From contig NIVC01000412.1 in assembly GCA_002269645.1 (NCBI GenBank), positions 310,001 to 374,000 on the forward strand: a stretch of DNA of 64,000 nt. Direction: 5' to 3'. The DNA is from Macrostomum lignano. Lineage: Eukaryota. Every line of letters starts with the position of its first letter. The stretch's first letter is position 1. A program made the translations under genes and the position numbers. The notes under the pieces were generated by a model that was not told the origin of the DNA, ran no database searches, and worked only from the letters and a program-made list of their open reading frames with translations. Positions 16,746 to 29,269 of this stretch are shown one piece after another.

Positions 16746-19444
16746 AACACATGGGATGCATTCTGCAGTCTTGGATCCTCATCTAGCCTTTTAATGACAG
16801 CCTTGAAGCTGCAAACATAAGAGTTTTTGTGATGAAGCAGGTTCAGCTTCAGTCTCTTTTGTCCGGCTCTCAGAAACATACTGGCACAACTCTTCCAGTC
16901 TAGCTTGCCATTCTGCTTCCATCTCCTTTGCCTGGCAATCTACTATCCTCAGCCTTTCTTTTGCACTGCAACTTGCTTTGTTTAAGATGCATGTGTTTGG
17001 CTTTACAACTTTAATTTAATTTGCTAGCACAACATTGTCGAGGCAAAAAAATAGATCAATAGCATATTGTAGCTTTATTACTAGCTCAAATGATACTGCC
17101 TTGTTAACAACTATAGCAAAGATTTTCTAGACTTAATTCTTAGCTAAAATCATATTGCCTTTATGACAACTCTAGCAAAGATTTTCTTTTTGCCATAGAT
17201 CTAAAGTCTAAAGAAATTTAGATTTCTTTAATAGCCATCCATAGATTGCTATAAAGGATGGCTATTATACTGTATTATGGATAAATAGACTTACATTGAG
17301 TTTCACTTTTTACCATTTTATAAGTAAGTGTTCTGCAAATAATTTGAGTTTGAAACTAAAAGGTATCCTGTAAAAGTTTCTAGACTAAAACCTGCCAATT
17401 TGATAATTTTTATCTGATTTGTTGCAATTTCAAAACAAAAAAGAAACTGTTTTAGTCAGTTTATAAACTTTTATAATATTTTAAAAATTTAATAAAAATT
17501 TATAATCATTTAGAAAATCTCTATACTTAGTTATAAAATATGCTTTTCCAATTGCTAGCTACCAGCTTTTAATGCTGTCATTTTTGTTGCCCTATTGGAA
17601 AAAGTAGACAAAAGGTGTCTAACCATGTGTTGCAATATTGGAATTTTCTAGTGTCACATCAGAGTAGAGTCAAGGCAGGTGGTATTGTGGCATGGTGCAT
17701 TCTTAGGTAAAGGGTAAGAGTAACTGACTATTTTTGAAGCTAAATGTCTCATCAGCTAATTAGTACTATGCCTGTATTGGATATAAAAGTTGACATGTTT
17801 TATGTTACATTGCATTTCTAAACTATAATTTTAGATCCTATGTTGCATGTCGGTAGGTTTTCCACTTTTATTCCAATACGGTTTTGTTGCCTAAGGTATC
17901 CAAAGGCTAGCTGCTAGGGCCTAGTGATAGTGTGCTTTACAAATTTAGGAAAATATTATATTACTAGAATAAATATATAAAATAAGCCTACTTTTCTTAA
18001 AGGCAGTTGTTATTATTACAGTGACTATATTAATAGTAAGGTGGTTGTTTTTATAGTCAATACTTTAAACAAAAACTATCTAAATGAAATAGCCAACTTG
18101 TAGTAAAAAATACAAAAGTGGTTAAATTAAAAACAATAAAGAAATGACATTCTCATTAATAAATGTATCAATTCAAAAGTAATTTCTAATGATTCCTATT
18201 GCAATAGCTTACTTTAAAGTTAAGGTAATAGTTAAATATTACATGGGAATTTAACTGACATTCTTTTCCTAGCATGACTATAAAAATAGCCATTTAGCTT
18301 CCTATATCTATATAGTAACTGTAAAAATAACAAGTATAAATTGGCATTCTTTCGTTTTACAATCAGATAGCACTGTCCCTATGGGAGTCGGGACTTTTGT
18401 TATACGATCCCCCTACAGAGAATAGAAAATTGCTCTTAAAATCGAACTTCAAAATGGGACCACTTCTAAGTGTGTCATCCATTCCAATCCAATATATTAA
18501 AAATTAAAACTATGTACCTACCTATCTACCTATCTATATATCTATAGGAACCTTCGTTTAACTTGACTTTGCGTGGTCCGAATTTTGTGGGGTTTGCTGC
18601 ATTCGATGCGTATTTATGGTGCACTGGTACACAAAATTTTGCTAAGAAATTGCTTCATTTTTTCGGGATTAAATATTCGAAAAACTTGATTTTTTGCCCC
18701 ATTTTTTTAAGTTCAAACTCAAACTCTAAGGTTTGTATGCTTGTCTTTCCAATATACTAAAAATGGTCTGTTGGTATGTGTGTGATCAATTTTAGCCAAA
18801 ATGGCTGGACCGATATTGTTTGAACTTACACTGTTTGATCAGAAATTTTTTCATGATGGTACATGCAATGTGGCTAAGAAATTTCTTGATGCTAAAGGGA
18901 TTAAATATTTGAAAAACATGCTTTTTTGCAAAGGTCAAGTTAGCTCTTTTGATTTGAAATGCATTGTAAGAATGCTAGAGAAAAAACTGACTGGTTGAAT
19001 TCTGATTCTGAAATAGATTGCATCATCACAATAGGCCTTTTATTTATTGTCTATGTACTGGCTGAATTTTGACACTGAATTGAATTGCGTCATAGTATTG
19101 AAAACGCAGTGTGGAAGCATAGCACAATAACTTGATTTATATTGTGTAACCACAATGCTAACTTTAATAGACTGGTACTGACTTGCCTAAGAAATTGATT
19201 ATGTCATAACTGCTTTGTGTGACTTTTACTCAGTTGACTTGGTGTGAGTGTTGAATTATATAAGTGCTACAACTTCATTTATAATTTCAATGAGAGCTGG
19301 CCTAGATGTAAACACACTGGATTGCTAATGCAGCAACCTGGGTTTAAATCATAATAGTGTATAAAAGAATACAAGTAGCATAAAGTTTTTTATTGAAAGC
19401 TTTAATTAAAAAACTAATTTAAAAGACCTAGATTATGGCGCTAG

Positions 19445-20335
19445 ATAAACCAAGGATTACTGCACTTGATAAACCAAGGATTACTGCACTTGATAAACCA
19501 AGGATTATTGCACTTGATAAACCAAGGATTATTGCACTTGATAAACCAAGGATTATTTCACTTGTGTAATAATCTAAAAATTATTGCACTTGAAAAACCA
19601 AGGATTATTGCACTTGATAAACTAATGATTATTGCACTTGATAAACCAAGGATTACTTCACTTGATAAACCAAGGATTTTTGCACTTGATTAACCGAGGA
19701 TTACTGCACTTGATTAACCGAGGATTACTGCACTTGATAAACTAAAAATTATTGCACTTGATAAACTTAAAATATATTGCACTTGATAAACCAAGGATTA
19801 CTGCACTTGTTAAACCAAGGATTACTGCGCTTGATAAACCAAGGATTATTGCACTTGATAAACCAAAGATTATTGCACTTGATAAGCCAAGGATTATTGC
19901 ACTTGATAAGCCTATGAATTATTGCACTTGATAAACCAAGGATTATTTCACTTGATAAACCAAGAATTATTGCACTTGATAAGTCAAAGATTACTGCGCT
20001 TGATAAACCAAGGATTATTGCACTTGATAAGCCACAGAATATTACACTTGATAAATCAAGGATTATTGCACTTGATAAAGAAAGGATTATTGCACTTGAT
20101 AAACCTATGATTATTGCACTTAATAAACCAAGGATTATTGCACTTGATAAGCCAAAGATTATTGCACTATTTTAGAAAGGGCTATTGCACTAGCTGAGAC
20201 ATCAATTTTTAGACTTGATGAGTATAGGATTATTGCACTAGCTGAGAAGCTAATTATTGCGCTGTCTAAACAAGAGATTATTGCGCTTGCTAAGACGTGG
20301 ATTGTTGCACAACCTGAGAAAGCGATTATTGCATT
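19445..20335. repeat. 24-bp minisatellite (TTATTGCACTTGATAAACCAAGGA)n
   Basis: 8-aa periodicity LINQGLLH. Confidence 0.96.
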
Positions 20336-20374
20336 AGTGGAGGTAACATTTGAACTAGCTACTTGCAGTCTTGT

Positions 20375-21050
20375 GGATGCTTGCTATCTGGAGGATGCTT
20401 GCTCTCAAGGGGGGATACTTGCTATTTGGGAAAGGGGGATACTGGCTACATGTATGGGATTCTTTCTATCTAGGGATGCTTGCTATTTAGGGATTCTTGC
20501 TATCTATAGGATGCTTGCTATCTGGGTGGATGCTTCTATAATATGAGGGGTGCTTGCTATCTGCAGGATGCTTCTATAATATCTAGGGGGTGCTTGCTAT
20601 CTGCAGGATGCTTCTATAATATCTGGGGGGGGGGTGCTTGCTATCTGCAGGATGCTTCTATAATATCTGGGGGGGGGGTGCTTGCTATCTGCAGGATGCT
20701 TCTATAATATCTGGGGGGGGGTGCTTGCTATCTGCAGGATGCTTCTATAATATCTGGAGGGTGCTTGCTATCTGCAGGATGCTTGCTATCTGGGTGGATA
20801 CTTCTACAATATTTGGAGGATGCTTGCTATCTGTAGAATGCTTGCTATCTGGGTAGATGCTTCTATCTGGGGGATGCTTGCTGTTTGCAGATGCTTGCTA
20901 TCTACAGATGCTTGCTATCTGGGGGATGCTTGCTATCTGGGGGATGCTTGCTATCTGCAGATGCTTGCTATCTGGGGTAATGCTTGCTATGAGCATTAGA
21001 GGATGCTTGCTATCTGTGGTTGTTTACTTTAAAGGTAAGGGGGATGCTTG
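20375..21050. repeat. Degenerate ~18-bp minisatellite (GGATGCTTGCTATCTG core)
   Basis: Direct reading. Confidence 0.9.
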
Positions 21051-21331
21051 CTGTCTTGTGAATATTTTCTATTTAGGGGAAGCTGTCTATTTGTTAATTT
21101 TAGAGAAAAAGTAATTCTTTCACTTTGCAAACATCTTTGTCCATGACAATTTTACACAAATAAGGTGATTTTTAAAAGTAAAAAAGGAATTGGTGTTTAA
21201 GAAAATATGTTTATTTATTTTTTTATTGTTTTCCATGAACTATTTTTGCTCCTTTCTTATTGGGCACCCCGAAAGGGGGCCACACTAGATTGCTAGTTTT
21301 AACAAAAAATATTGTGTTTTATAAAAGTTAG

Positions 21332-21813
21332 TAGTGATGGATTGAAATAAATTTTCAAATTGAAATCGAAATCGAAATTTTCGGTTCCTTAAAATTAAAA
21401 TCAAAATTGAAATCGAAATCGAAATCAAAATTTTTGAGCTTAACAAATTTTTACTTTTTTGCTAATCATGCAAAAAGGTTAACACCTTGCCTCTGCATGT
21501 ATGAGCTTACATGTTTTATAAAAAGTATCTTTGATATGTTTAAACCAGAATACTTAAGATTTAACTTACTTGAAAAGGCGATTCTCACCTCCCCACTGAG
21601 TCTTTGAACCGCACTTCCTTTCACTTCCTATAGATTTTCTTTCTCGTGTAGCATGATCATCAATGTCTAAATTGTTAAAATATAACCAAAATTTCAAAAT
21701 GATTTTCGATGAATGGTGTTGAAATTTGAAATCAAAATTGAAATTATTTTGATGTAAAATTAGTTTTGAAATTCAGAATATTGAAATCAAAATCGAATTT
21801 CGATCTATCACTA
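21332..21813. mobile_element. MITE-like element with 17-bp TIRs
   Basis: TAGTGATGGATTGAAAT ... ATTTCGATCTATCACTA; internal GAAATC(G/A)AAA subrepeats. Confidence 0.7.
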
Positions 21814-21830
21814 GAAGTTAAAAGCCTGTC

Positions 21831-22471
21831 CTTATATTCACTTTCGTTATGCGATCATTTAAATGGTGAAGTTATATGCAGATGATTGCAAGACGAAACC
21901 GAAAGAGCTTGTAGATTTCGACTTACAATCACACCAATAATAAAATTGTATTGGAGGGATTGTATGACAAAATGGTAGGAGATTATCGCTATAATAGCCC
22001 TTTCAACCAAACAATCAATTGCAGCCTCTAATATGTCTGCAAACCAAAAGCCACCCACTTTTTACATGGCTCTTTTTGCATGACCTTTTTGGGCGCCGAC
22101 ACTGTCCCATGCCCCCCCTCACTTTTGTCATACGATCACCACTCTGTATAACACATATATCCAATGCATGGGGGGATCGTATGACGAAAGTGAAGGGGGC
22201 GGGGCGCGCAGCGCATGGGGCGACGGCGGTGCTCGCGAATCTTACAATGAATACAATTGCATTCTTAAACCCCTGCAGGTCATTGATGGAGATGTATCAG
22301 TTCGAATCGGAAGCTGCCATGAACTGGTGCAACTTCGCCAGGGATGAATGTGTAATCTATTCGTTTTTGTCATATGATCTCTCTCATATGACAAGCTCTT
22401 TCGGTTTTGTCTTGCGATCATCTACATATAACTTTACCATTTAAGTGATCGTATGATGAAAGTGAATATAA
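21831..22471. mobile_element. Foldback element with ~85-bp arms and an inner palindrome
   Basis: 21831-21915 is the reverse complement of ~22388-22471. An inner inverted pair CACTTTTGTCATACGATC / GATCGTATGACGAAAGTG lies at ~22112-22193. Confidence 0.75.
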
Positions 22472-23479
22472 GCTACGTGCTTTCATAACTAATGCTACGC
22501 CAACGATCCTCAAGTTGACTGAAAAGTGAGTTGCAGTGATGAATTAGGTTGACTGGAAAATGAGTTGCAATGATTTGTTCTTGGAAAATAAATGTGAAGA
22601 AACATACTTTTTTTGATAAACTAGAGTGTCTTTTCAAGTTTCAACTTTTTTTAATAGGGATCGTAAGACAAAACTTGACCTGCTCAGGGATCGTAAAACG
22701 AAAGAATGCCTATAGATCATAGGCCTAGATAATCTCTTATGTGTTAACCATAAAATAACTAGGCCTAGGCCTATATTGCTATTTACATGGTTACTAAAAT
22801 AATAACAATTGTCTTACTTAAAAAGGCCACTTTTAGATTAGTTGCAATTGCAATAAGCCTAGACAATTTTTCACTTTTATATTTTTAATTACTTTCTTTA
22901 AAAAATACAGCTTTTGTTTCTATTTAGTTTATTTAATAATAACTAATATATTTATAGTTTATAGTATAGGCTATAATAGAAAAAGCCATTATTATAGTTT
23001 TATTAGTAAGTAAAATTCAATTTAAGGGCCTCTGTACTGTAGGCATAGGCTTTAAGCATCTAGGCTTGACATGAAGCATTGTAGGCATAGGCTTTAAGCA
23101 TCTAGGCTTGATTAGAAGCATTTAAGATTCAATATTCTTAATTCTGTAGTGTAAAATAATCTATATTTTTACACTAAAGGCGGTAAAAATATATCGACAA
23201 AAGTTGGTTTAAGCTAAGGTAACAGCGTAGGGTAGGGATCGATCAAAGCATGCATACAGAAAAAATACTCAAAAAGCATAAAAAACTGTATATTGAGTTT
23301 TTATTTTGCTGCTTAAAATACTTTAAGTCGTAAATTTAGTTTTATAGTCTATTGTTTCCAATAAACATCGAGACGCACCTATCACACGAGTTAACATGAA
23401 ACAACATAAAAACACTTTTTTTGTTTCACTGAAGATGACGAGTCTATAAAAGATCCGTGCAATCTTTCCTTCAATTCTT

Positions 23480-23990
23480 TCTAATTCCTTCCATATATTG
23501 CTAAAAGTATAAGAAGGTTTTCCATAGCTATGTACGTATGCAATAAAAATGAAAATATGAAAAATCGCTAAACTGATTTTCATAAAAGTTGCACCGTTCC
23601 ATTAGAAATTTTCCTGCAACGGGTACAAGTGTCGTTGCTAAAGAAATTGCTCAATGCTTAATTAGAATATTCGAAAAACATGCTTTTGTGCAAGGCCAAG
23701 CCTACTTTTCGGCTTGAAATGCGGGATAAGAGTGCTAAAAACTGACTTACTTAAAGTAGATTCTGATAAAGATTACATTATGCTTTGTGTAACGATTTTA
23801 TTGTACTTTAACCGAGTTTGAAGCATTTGAGGGTAAAAGTTCTAAAATTTATGTCATCGGTTAGATGAGAGCTAGCCTAGACGTCAACAGACTGAACTGC
23901 TAATATGCAGTAACGTTTGGTTCGAAATTGAAATAGTAAGTTTTTTTATTTTAAGCTTTTTTAATATGATCTTAAACTAAAATAAAACAC
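23480..23990 (+). mobile_element. Diverged partial copy of the Helitron-like family
   Basis: Shares blocks with 18830-19420, e.g. ATATT(C/T)GAAAAACATGCTTTT and ATGAGAGCT(A/G)GCCTAGA. Confidence 0.6.
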
Positions 23991-25168
23991 ATACACTGTA
24001 CATAAAAAAATTAAGTGTTATGCTTTGATCCGTTAATGCAGCCAATACGTATGTGCTTAAACTGTGTCTATGTCCAAACTTTGTTAATCCTTCGAGTTGT
24101 AAGCCAGTATATCAATATCAGTCTTTCAGTGTGTATGCCTTCTTTCAGTTCCGAAATACAAGCGCTCGATTTGGCCTGGCCGCAAGCACGACCTTGCCCC
24201 GAAACTCTCATTGACTGACAACTAAATAACCTTGTGCTCCATATAAGTAGCCATCATGACATTAAGCGGATCATGTCAAACGTGAATTATTAAGATGCGC
24301 CATGTCAAAAAAGAAGCGTCATGTAAAACAGAAATATTAAGCGTCATGTCAAACATAAAATAGAAATAACATGTCTAAAAGTACATTTTGAAGGAGCATC
24401 TTGGGAAGAATTTTTGAGATGTCAACAAGGCTTAACGGGAAGAATTGCTGAGTCGATTGCGATGTCAACGCTGAGAGAGGGTCAGAAGGTACTGTGCATG
24501 TACGAGTATATTGTAGTTTTATTAAAAATTGATTCGATCCATTATTCCTTTTGATTACCTAAAATGTAATATCTGATTTGTTTACTTTTATTTATCAGTC
24601 ATGTACTTTACACATATACTACGGTATACATACATGTACATCTATATACAATGTGTTGTAATGCGACAGCTCCCGGTACATGTACTTATACTATAACATA
24701 AATAACTATCTGTGTACATGTATGTGCATGCAAATGATGTGTAAACGCATGATCCGCGGAGCTGTCACTTAAAGCAAGATCTGAGGTGTACAAATTAAAG
24801 CCTCTCCCCTTAAGGTCTTATAACTACAAAGATATACATACATTAGAAACTTAAATGTACATGTACAGTCACCACACGAGTTCGAAGGTCGATTGCCAGA
24901 AACAACTGGTTTAAACAATTTTTGCAACATAGCAGCAGTGCATGGGCCCCTGGCACAAAACGCTCTTAGCGACAGTACCTACAGGGGGCGAAGCCCAGCG
25001 GTAGCGCAGCTGCTCTGGTGTGCCAGCGACCCAGGCTCGATTCCAAGTGCAGTCACATTAATTTGGGGCTGAATTGGAATCTCGGCTTGGCTCTGCTCGT
25101 GCAATTAACGGCCTTGAGAGCCAACCCCCCAAGGCGAAGTGAAGTGTACATGCCTAACGATAAAAATA

Positions 25169-25494
25169 AAGTTAGGGCCGCTGTACACTCCTGTGTGAGT
25201 GTGTGCCTGCGTACGTATCCGCGCGCTTGTGTGCCTGCTCAGGGGAGTCGGCGGAATGGGCAGTAATGCCTCTCGCCGGTTGTGTGCCTATGTCGCTTAA
25301 AGTGCGCCAGGGTGCACACAACCCCCTGCCTCTAGTAAATAAAAAAATAGCGAAAGTACTATCCCACAGCAGCGGTGATCGAGGTATAAATACATGTAAC
25401 AACCGCAGGATACTGTATTGTACGCCGTCAAGCACGGCCAATACGCTCGCTCACATAAAGTAGGGTGTACATGCATGTACATTGGCCCTAACTT
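25169..25494. mobile_element. Small MITE-like element
   Basis: AAGTTAGGGCC(GC)TGTACA ... TGTACA(TT)GGCCCTAACTT imperfect TIRs. Confidence 0.5.
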
Positions 25495-25828
25495 CAGATT
25501 GTAGTACATGTACATATGTACACTCTCTGTTTCATGGTGTTGGCCCTCACCAACGTGGCCACACACGAAATCGATTGACTATTATATGGGTTACGCGTTT
25601 ACCAGCTGCTCTTGCTCACTACATGTAGGTTTGACCCATAGATCTCGTTATTAGATGTAGAATAAATACGTTATTCTTGCTCTATTTTAAAACCGACCGT
25701 CGTAGAAAGTTACAAGCAATTTTAAGACTAACCGAACCCAGTACAAATAGGAGAATGACACTGAGGTACATGAATGTAACTTGAGCATCGCAGGTCTCGT
25801 TGAACCGCTAGAAAAAACCTATTTATTT

Positions 25829-26739
25829 ATGACGTCATTAGCGCTCGCCGAACGCATCAAGGAGCTGCTCAAGCAGCGGCAGGATTTGCAGAGGCGCCGA
25901 AGGCGAAAGGCTACAAGTAAGCAACTGCACTGACTATTAAGTAGTTAACTTTGAGTACTTATATTATAAATAAACCAAACTTCTCTCACATGCAACACAC
26001 AGGCACCACTTCCTGTTTCGGGTCAGGCGATTCTAATAAAGTTCAACTCAACAAGCGCCGACTCAGGGCCAGTGTAGACGGCCTGCCGCCTCCGCCGCCG
26101 CCGCCTCCTCCGGAGTCTTGGCTCGGCGCCATCTCAAAGATCCCGGCTTTCGAAGCTGCCTCATCGAAGTCTGCTCGAGCCGCAGCGGGGTTTCTGTCTC
26201 AACTGGAGAGCACTCTGAATGCGCCGCCTCAGCCTTTGCCGCCGCGACGCCAGCGACAGGCGCAGCGCGGGCGCCGAAGCCACCGAGGCGCTGCTGGAAG
26301 ACTTCGCTGCTGCCAGCCGGTCCGCCAGCATCACGTGGCTGCCACCAGCGGCTGCTGTCGGCGCGTCCCCGAGCTTCGCATTGCTCGAGTGTCGCCACTG
26401 CCAGCAGCTTCTGGTCGGCATCACTATTCGAACCGGTCTCCGGTGAGGCACCGAGTCCAGCGCTGCCGCTGCTGCTTCAGACAAACGGCTCCGGGCTGCC
26501 TGGCGGACGCAGAGGTGGAGAACTGTCCAGCCATGCGGATCTACTGCCAGTCAGAGGACGACTATCTGCTTCCCGACTGCGCTGAGGAAGCCAACTTCTT
26601 GTCCTGGACGGTGTCAGCGAATTTGCGGACGCCGCCGCAGCCCACTGTTTCCATGGCAACTGTAACAGACGAAGCTCGAGGCGTCACCTGGGATAGCGGA
26701 GATCCGCTGGATAATAAAAAGAAAAACTGCTGCTGCTGA
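25829..26739 (+). CDS. Uncharacterised protein with C-terminal KKKNCCC; internal exon structure uncertain
   Basis: Exon 25829-25916 (MTSLALAERIKELLKQRQDLQRRRRRKAT, phase-1 GTAAG) splices in frame to the acceptor at 26003 and the 25951-26739 ORF. A possible 38-nt intron 26443-26480 would instead use another frame for the middle part. Confidence 0.6.
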
Positions 26740-27043
26740 TGCTAAAGCGAACGTATAGATTTTATTTTCATAATTTTCAGCAGAACCTCAGCAACAAGTT
26801 TATCGAGTAAATGTATGTTTGTCACAATAAATCCGAGATCATTGTTGAGCATCATTTTCAAAACAATACTATCCATGTGCCAGTTGTGCAGTGCAACTTA
26901 ACAACAACAACAGCTGATTCTGCCAATTCCACTTACTCTTAAGAGTAATTTCAGATTACTTTAGATTAATTAAGAGTAATTTCAGATTACTCTAAAAAGA
27001 CGAGATGTTAAGGTATAAAAGTCGCCAAAAACAATTTGAGGCG

Positions 27044-28095
27044 TGTAGCGGACACATGTACTTTTGACAGAGCCAGCCACTGCTACTCAAACTGTCTATG
27101 GCCCAAATAAACTCGAGCCGTAAATGGCCCAGCCGCAGCACTTTATTAAAAGACAAGCGGTCTTCATCTCGCCGCACGCAAGCCGCTTCAGTGGTGAGCC
27201 CGACTATACTCAGCCGTAGCTGAGTATTTCAAGCTTTTCGCCCGCTGCCTCGTCACAGTTTCGGCCACCAGGTTTTCCGAGTCTAGCCAAAGCCATCGGC
27301 CACCTCGATCCCTGCATCCGGCTCAGCGCTTCTGACTGGAGCCGCATCAAAGTGACCATGACCGATTCCTGGTCACTGCGGTTATGCAGTAGGTGAGCAG
27401 TGCACTCCGGGTAAGGGGCTCTCGCCTGCCAAAGTTTGCTTGCAACGCCCCACCCGACGCTGCGACGTCGATGCGGCTCACCTCGGCAACGCCTTGTCCC
27501 AGCAGCACAGGCGGACACGTCGGACGAAGCATCGGTGCACTTTTCTGCGCTTCAGGCCCCACCACGCCACCGACGGATCACCACCACAATGGCATACGTA
27601 CCAGCAGCATCATCATCAGCACAACCATCCACTGCTGCCGCTGCCCTCGGCCTCGAGGATGCTGGTGCCCATGACCTCAACTGTCCCACAACGTTGCCAG
27701 CAAACTTTGGCAGGCGAGAGCCCCTTACCCGGAGTGCACTGCTCACCTACTGCATAACCGCAGTGACCAGGAATCGGTCATGGTCACTTTGATGCGGCTC
27801 CAGTCAGAAGCGCTGAGCCGGATGCAGGGATCGAGGTGGCCGATGGCTTTGGCTGGACTCGGAAGACCTGGTGGCCGAAACTGTGACGAGGCAGCGGGCG
27901 AAAAGCTTGAAATACTCAGCTACGGCTGAGTATAGTCGGGCTCACCACTGAAGCGGCTTGCGTGCGGCGAGATGAGGACCGCTTGTCTTTTAATAAAGTG
28001 CTGCGGCTGGGCCATTTACGGCTCAAGTTTATTTGGGCCATAGACAGTTTGAGCAGCAGTGGCTGGCTCTGTCAAAAGTACATGTGTCCGCTACA
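27044..28095. mobile_element. 1052-bp non-autonomous element with 404-bp TIRs, TGT...ACA ends and a GGCG target-site duplication (Ginger-like or inverted LTR end)
   Basis: Arms 27044-27447 and 27692-28095 are near-perfect reverse complements (only a few mismatches seen). GGCG occurs at 27040-27043 and 28096-28099. Spacer is 244 bp. Confidence 0.88.
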
Positions 28096-28293
28096 GGCGT
28101 TTTATTGTCTGCGACTTTGAATAGAATCGCATTTCGCATTTGCAACAAGTCTACAAGCGTAGACTCATCAGCGGCTCTGTAATTGATGACTGTTTCGCCA
28201 CACTCTTTTACGATTCTGCAACTTACTTGATGCACTCGCGTAGTCGCCCAGAGCGCTGAAGCAGCGTCAGCAGCAGCACTTCGTATAAATGTA

Positions 28294-28657
28294 CACCGGT
28301 GTTATGGTTTAGGATCTCCGGGGGTCCGGTCAGTTTAGGGTGTCCGGGGCGGAGACCCTAAACGGTTTAGGATCTCCCCTGGAGACTTCTAACGGTTATG
28401 GGTCTCCGGGGTAGGAGATCTGAAACCGTTTAAGGGTCTCCGGGGCATTTTCAGGTCTCCGCACCCGGAGATCTTAAACCAGTTTCTGATCTCCCCCCAG
28501 GAGACTCTAAACCAGTTTCAGCTCTCTTCAGGGCCGCAAAAACAAAGTCCTGGTTTAGGATCTCCGTGTGGGCGATCTTAAAATGACACAATTTTCAGTT
28601 TGTGATCTCCGGGCCGGAGACCCTAAAACGCGGAGATCCTAAACTCTAACACCGGCG
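28294..28657. mobile_element. MITE with ~25-bp TIRs and GGTTTAGGATCTCC subrepeats
   Basis: CCGGTGTTATGGTTTAGGATCTCCG ... CGGAGATCCTAAACTCTAACACCGG. Confidence 0.8.
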
Positions 28658-29065
28658 CCAATGGTGCGGCCTACGTTCGCGTCGAGGCCCTGAAACGCGC
28701 CCTGTAAAGTCTACTGGCAGACTCACAACGTATTTTGTTGTTGTTGTTGTTGTGCAGTACGACTCGGCGCGAATGCCTACCAGCTGGAGTCGCCGACGGC
28801 GCAACAGGTTACCTGGGTATCAAAAGAAGCTTAGATATTCCTATGTTAAGTTAAATGTTTAGAATTGGTAGATTTAAATTACCAAGGGAAATGTTGTTTG
28901 GTATGCTTAGTTTTCCAACGAATACATTTTTGCTTTTTAATCAATCGATTTTCAAATTTATTTGCCCAGATTATTAGCAATCATTTTTTTTATATTCAAT
29001 TTTGCCAAAACAGTCTGCTTAAGAGAGTCTTAATCAGTCAGGTGATCAGAGATTTCCATCCGAAA

Positions 29066-29185
29066 TCAGTTCTCGATTTCGAACTCCTTGACCTCGGCAA
29101 TGGCCAGCATGTTCAGGTAAGATTGACGCGACGTGTTGTGACCAATTTTGCGTTCAGAAGTGGCCGATGGGGCTGGAATATTCAT
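29066..29185 (-). pseudogene. Possible remnant of an hAT transposase C-terminal dimerisation domain
   Basis: MNIPAPSATSERKIGHNTSRQSYLNMLAIAEV resembles the hAT IPAxSAxSER...LxxLAI motif with an internal deletion. Confidence 0.4.
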
Positions 29186-29269
29186 TACATGTATATATAT
29201 TAAAAATATGAATCCAAAAATAAAGTAAATGATATCCCAGACGACATTTATTCGGAGGTGGCTGCTTGG

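Larger units (their letters stand above)
18530..21288 (+). mobile_element. Helitron-like non-autonomous element carrying two minisatellites
   Basis: 5' TCTATATATCTATA; internal AAAATGGCTGGACCGAT motif; 3' GC hairpin GGCACCCC-GAAA-GGGGGCC (21263-21281) followed by CTAG (21285-21288). The interior is homologous to ~23570-23990 and ~51945-52000. Confidence 0.55.

Noticed and set aside
16800-16985. Minus-strand coiled-coil-like peptide AKEMEAEWQARLEELC as an Ldb 5' exon
   Set aside because: No convincing splice path to 15361 and no family match; probably a decayed TE ORF.
15930-24454. 8.5-kb giant element bounded by the GACATCTCAGCAATT array and one inverted unit at ~24413
   Set aside because: Only one inverted unit, no TSD, and the motif also occurs at ~54626, so it looks dispersed.
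28660-28860. Possible two-exon fragment NGAAYVRVEALKRAL/TTRRECLP
   Set aside because: No start or upstream exon, no homology recognised.
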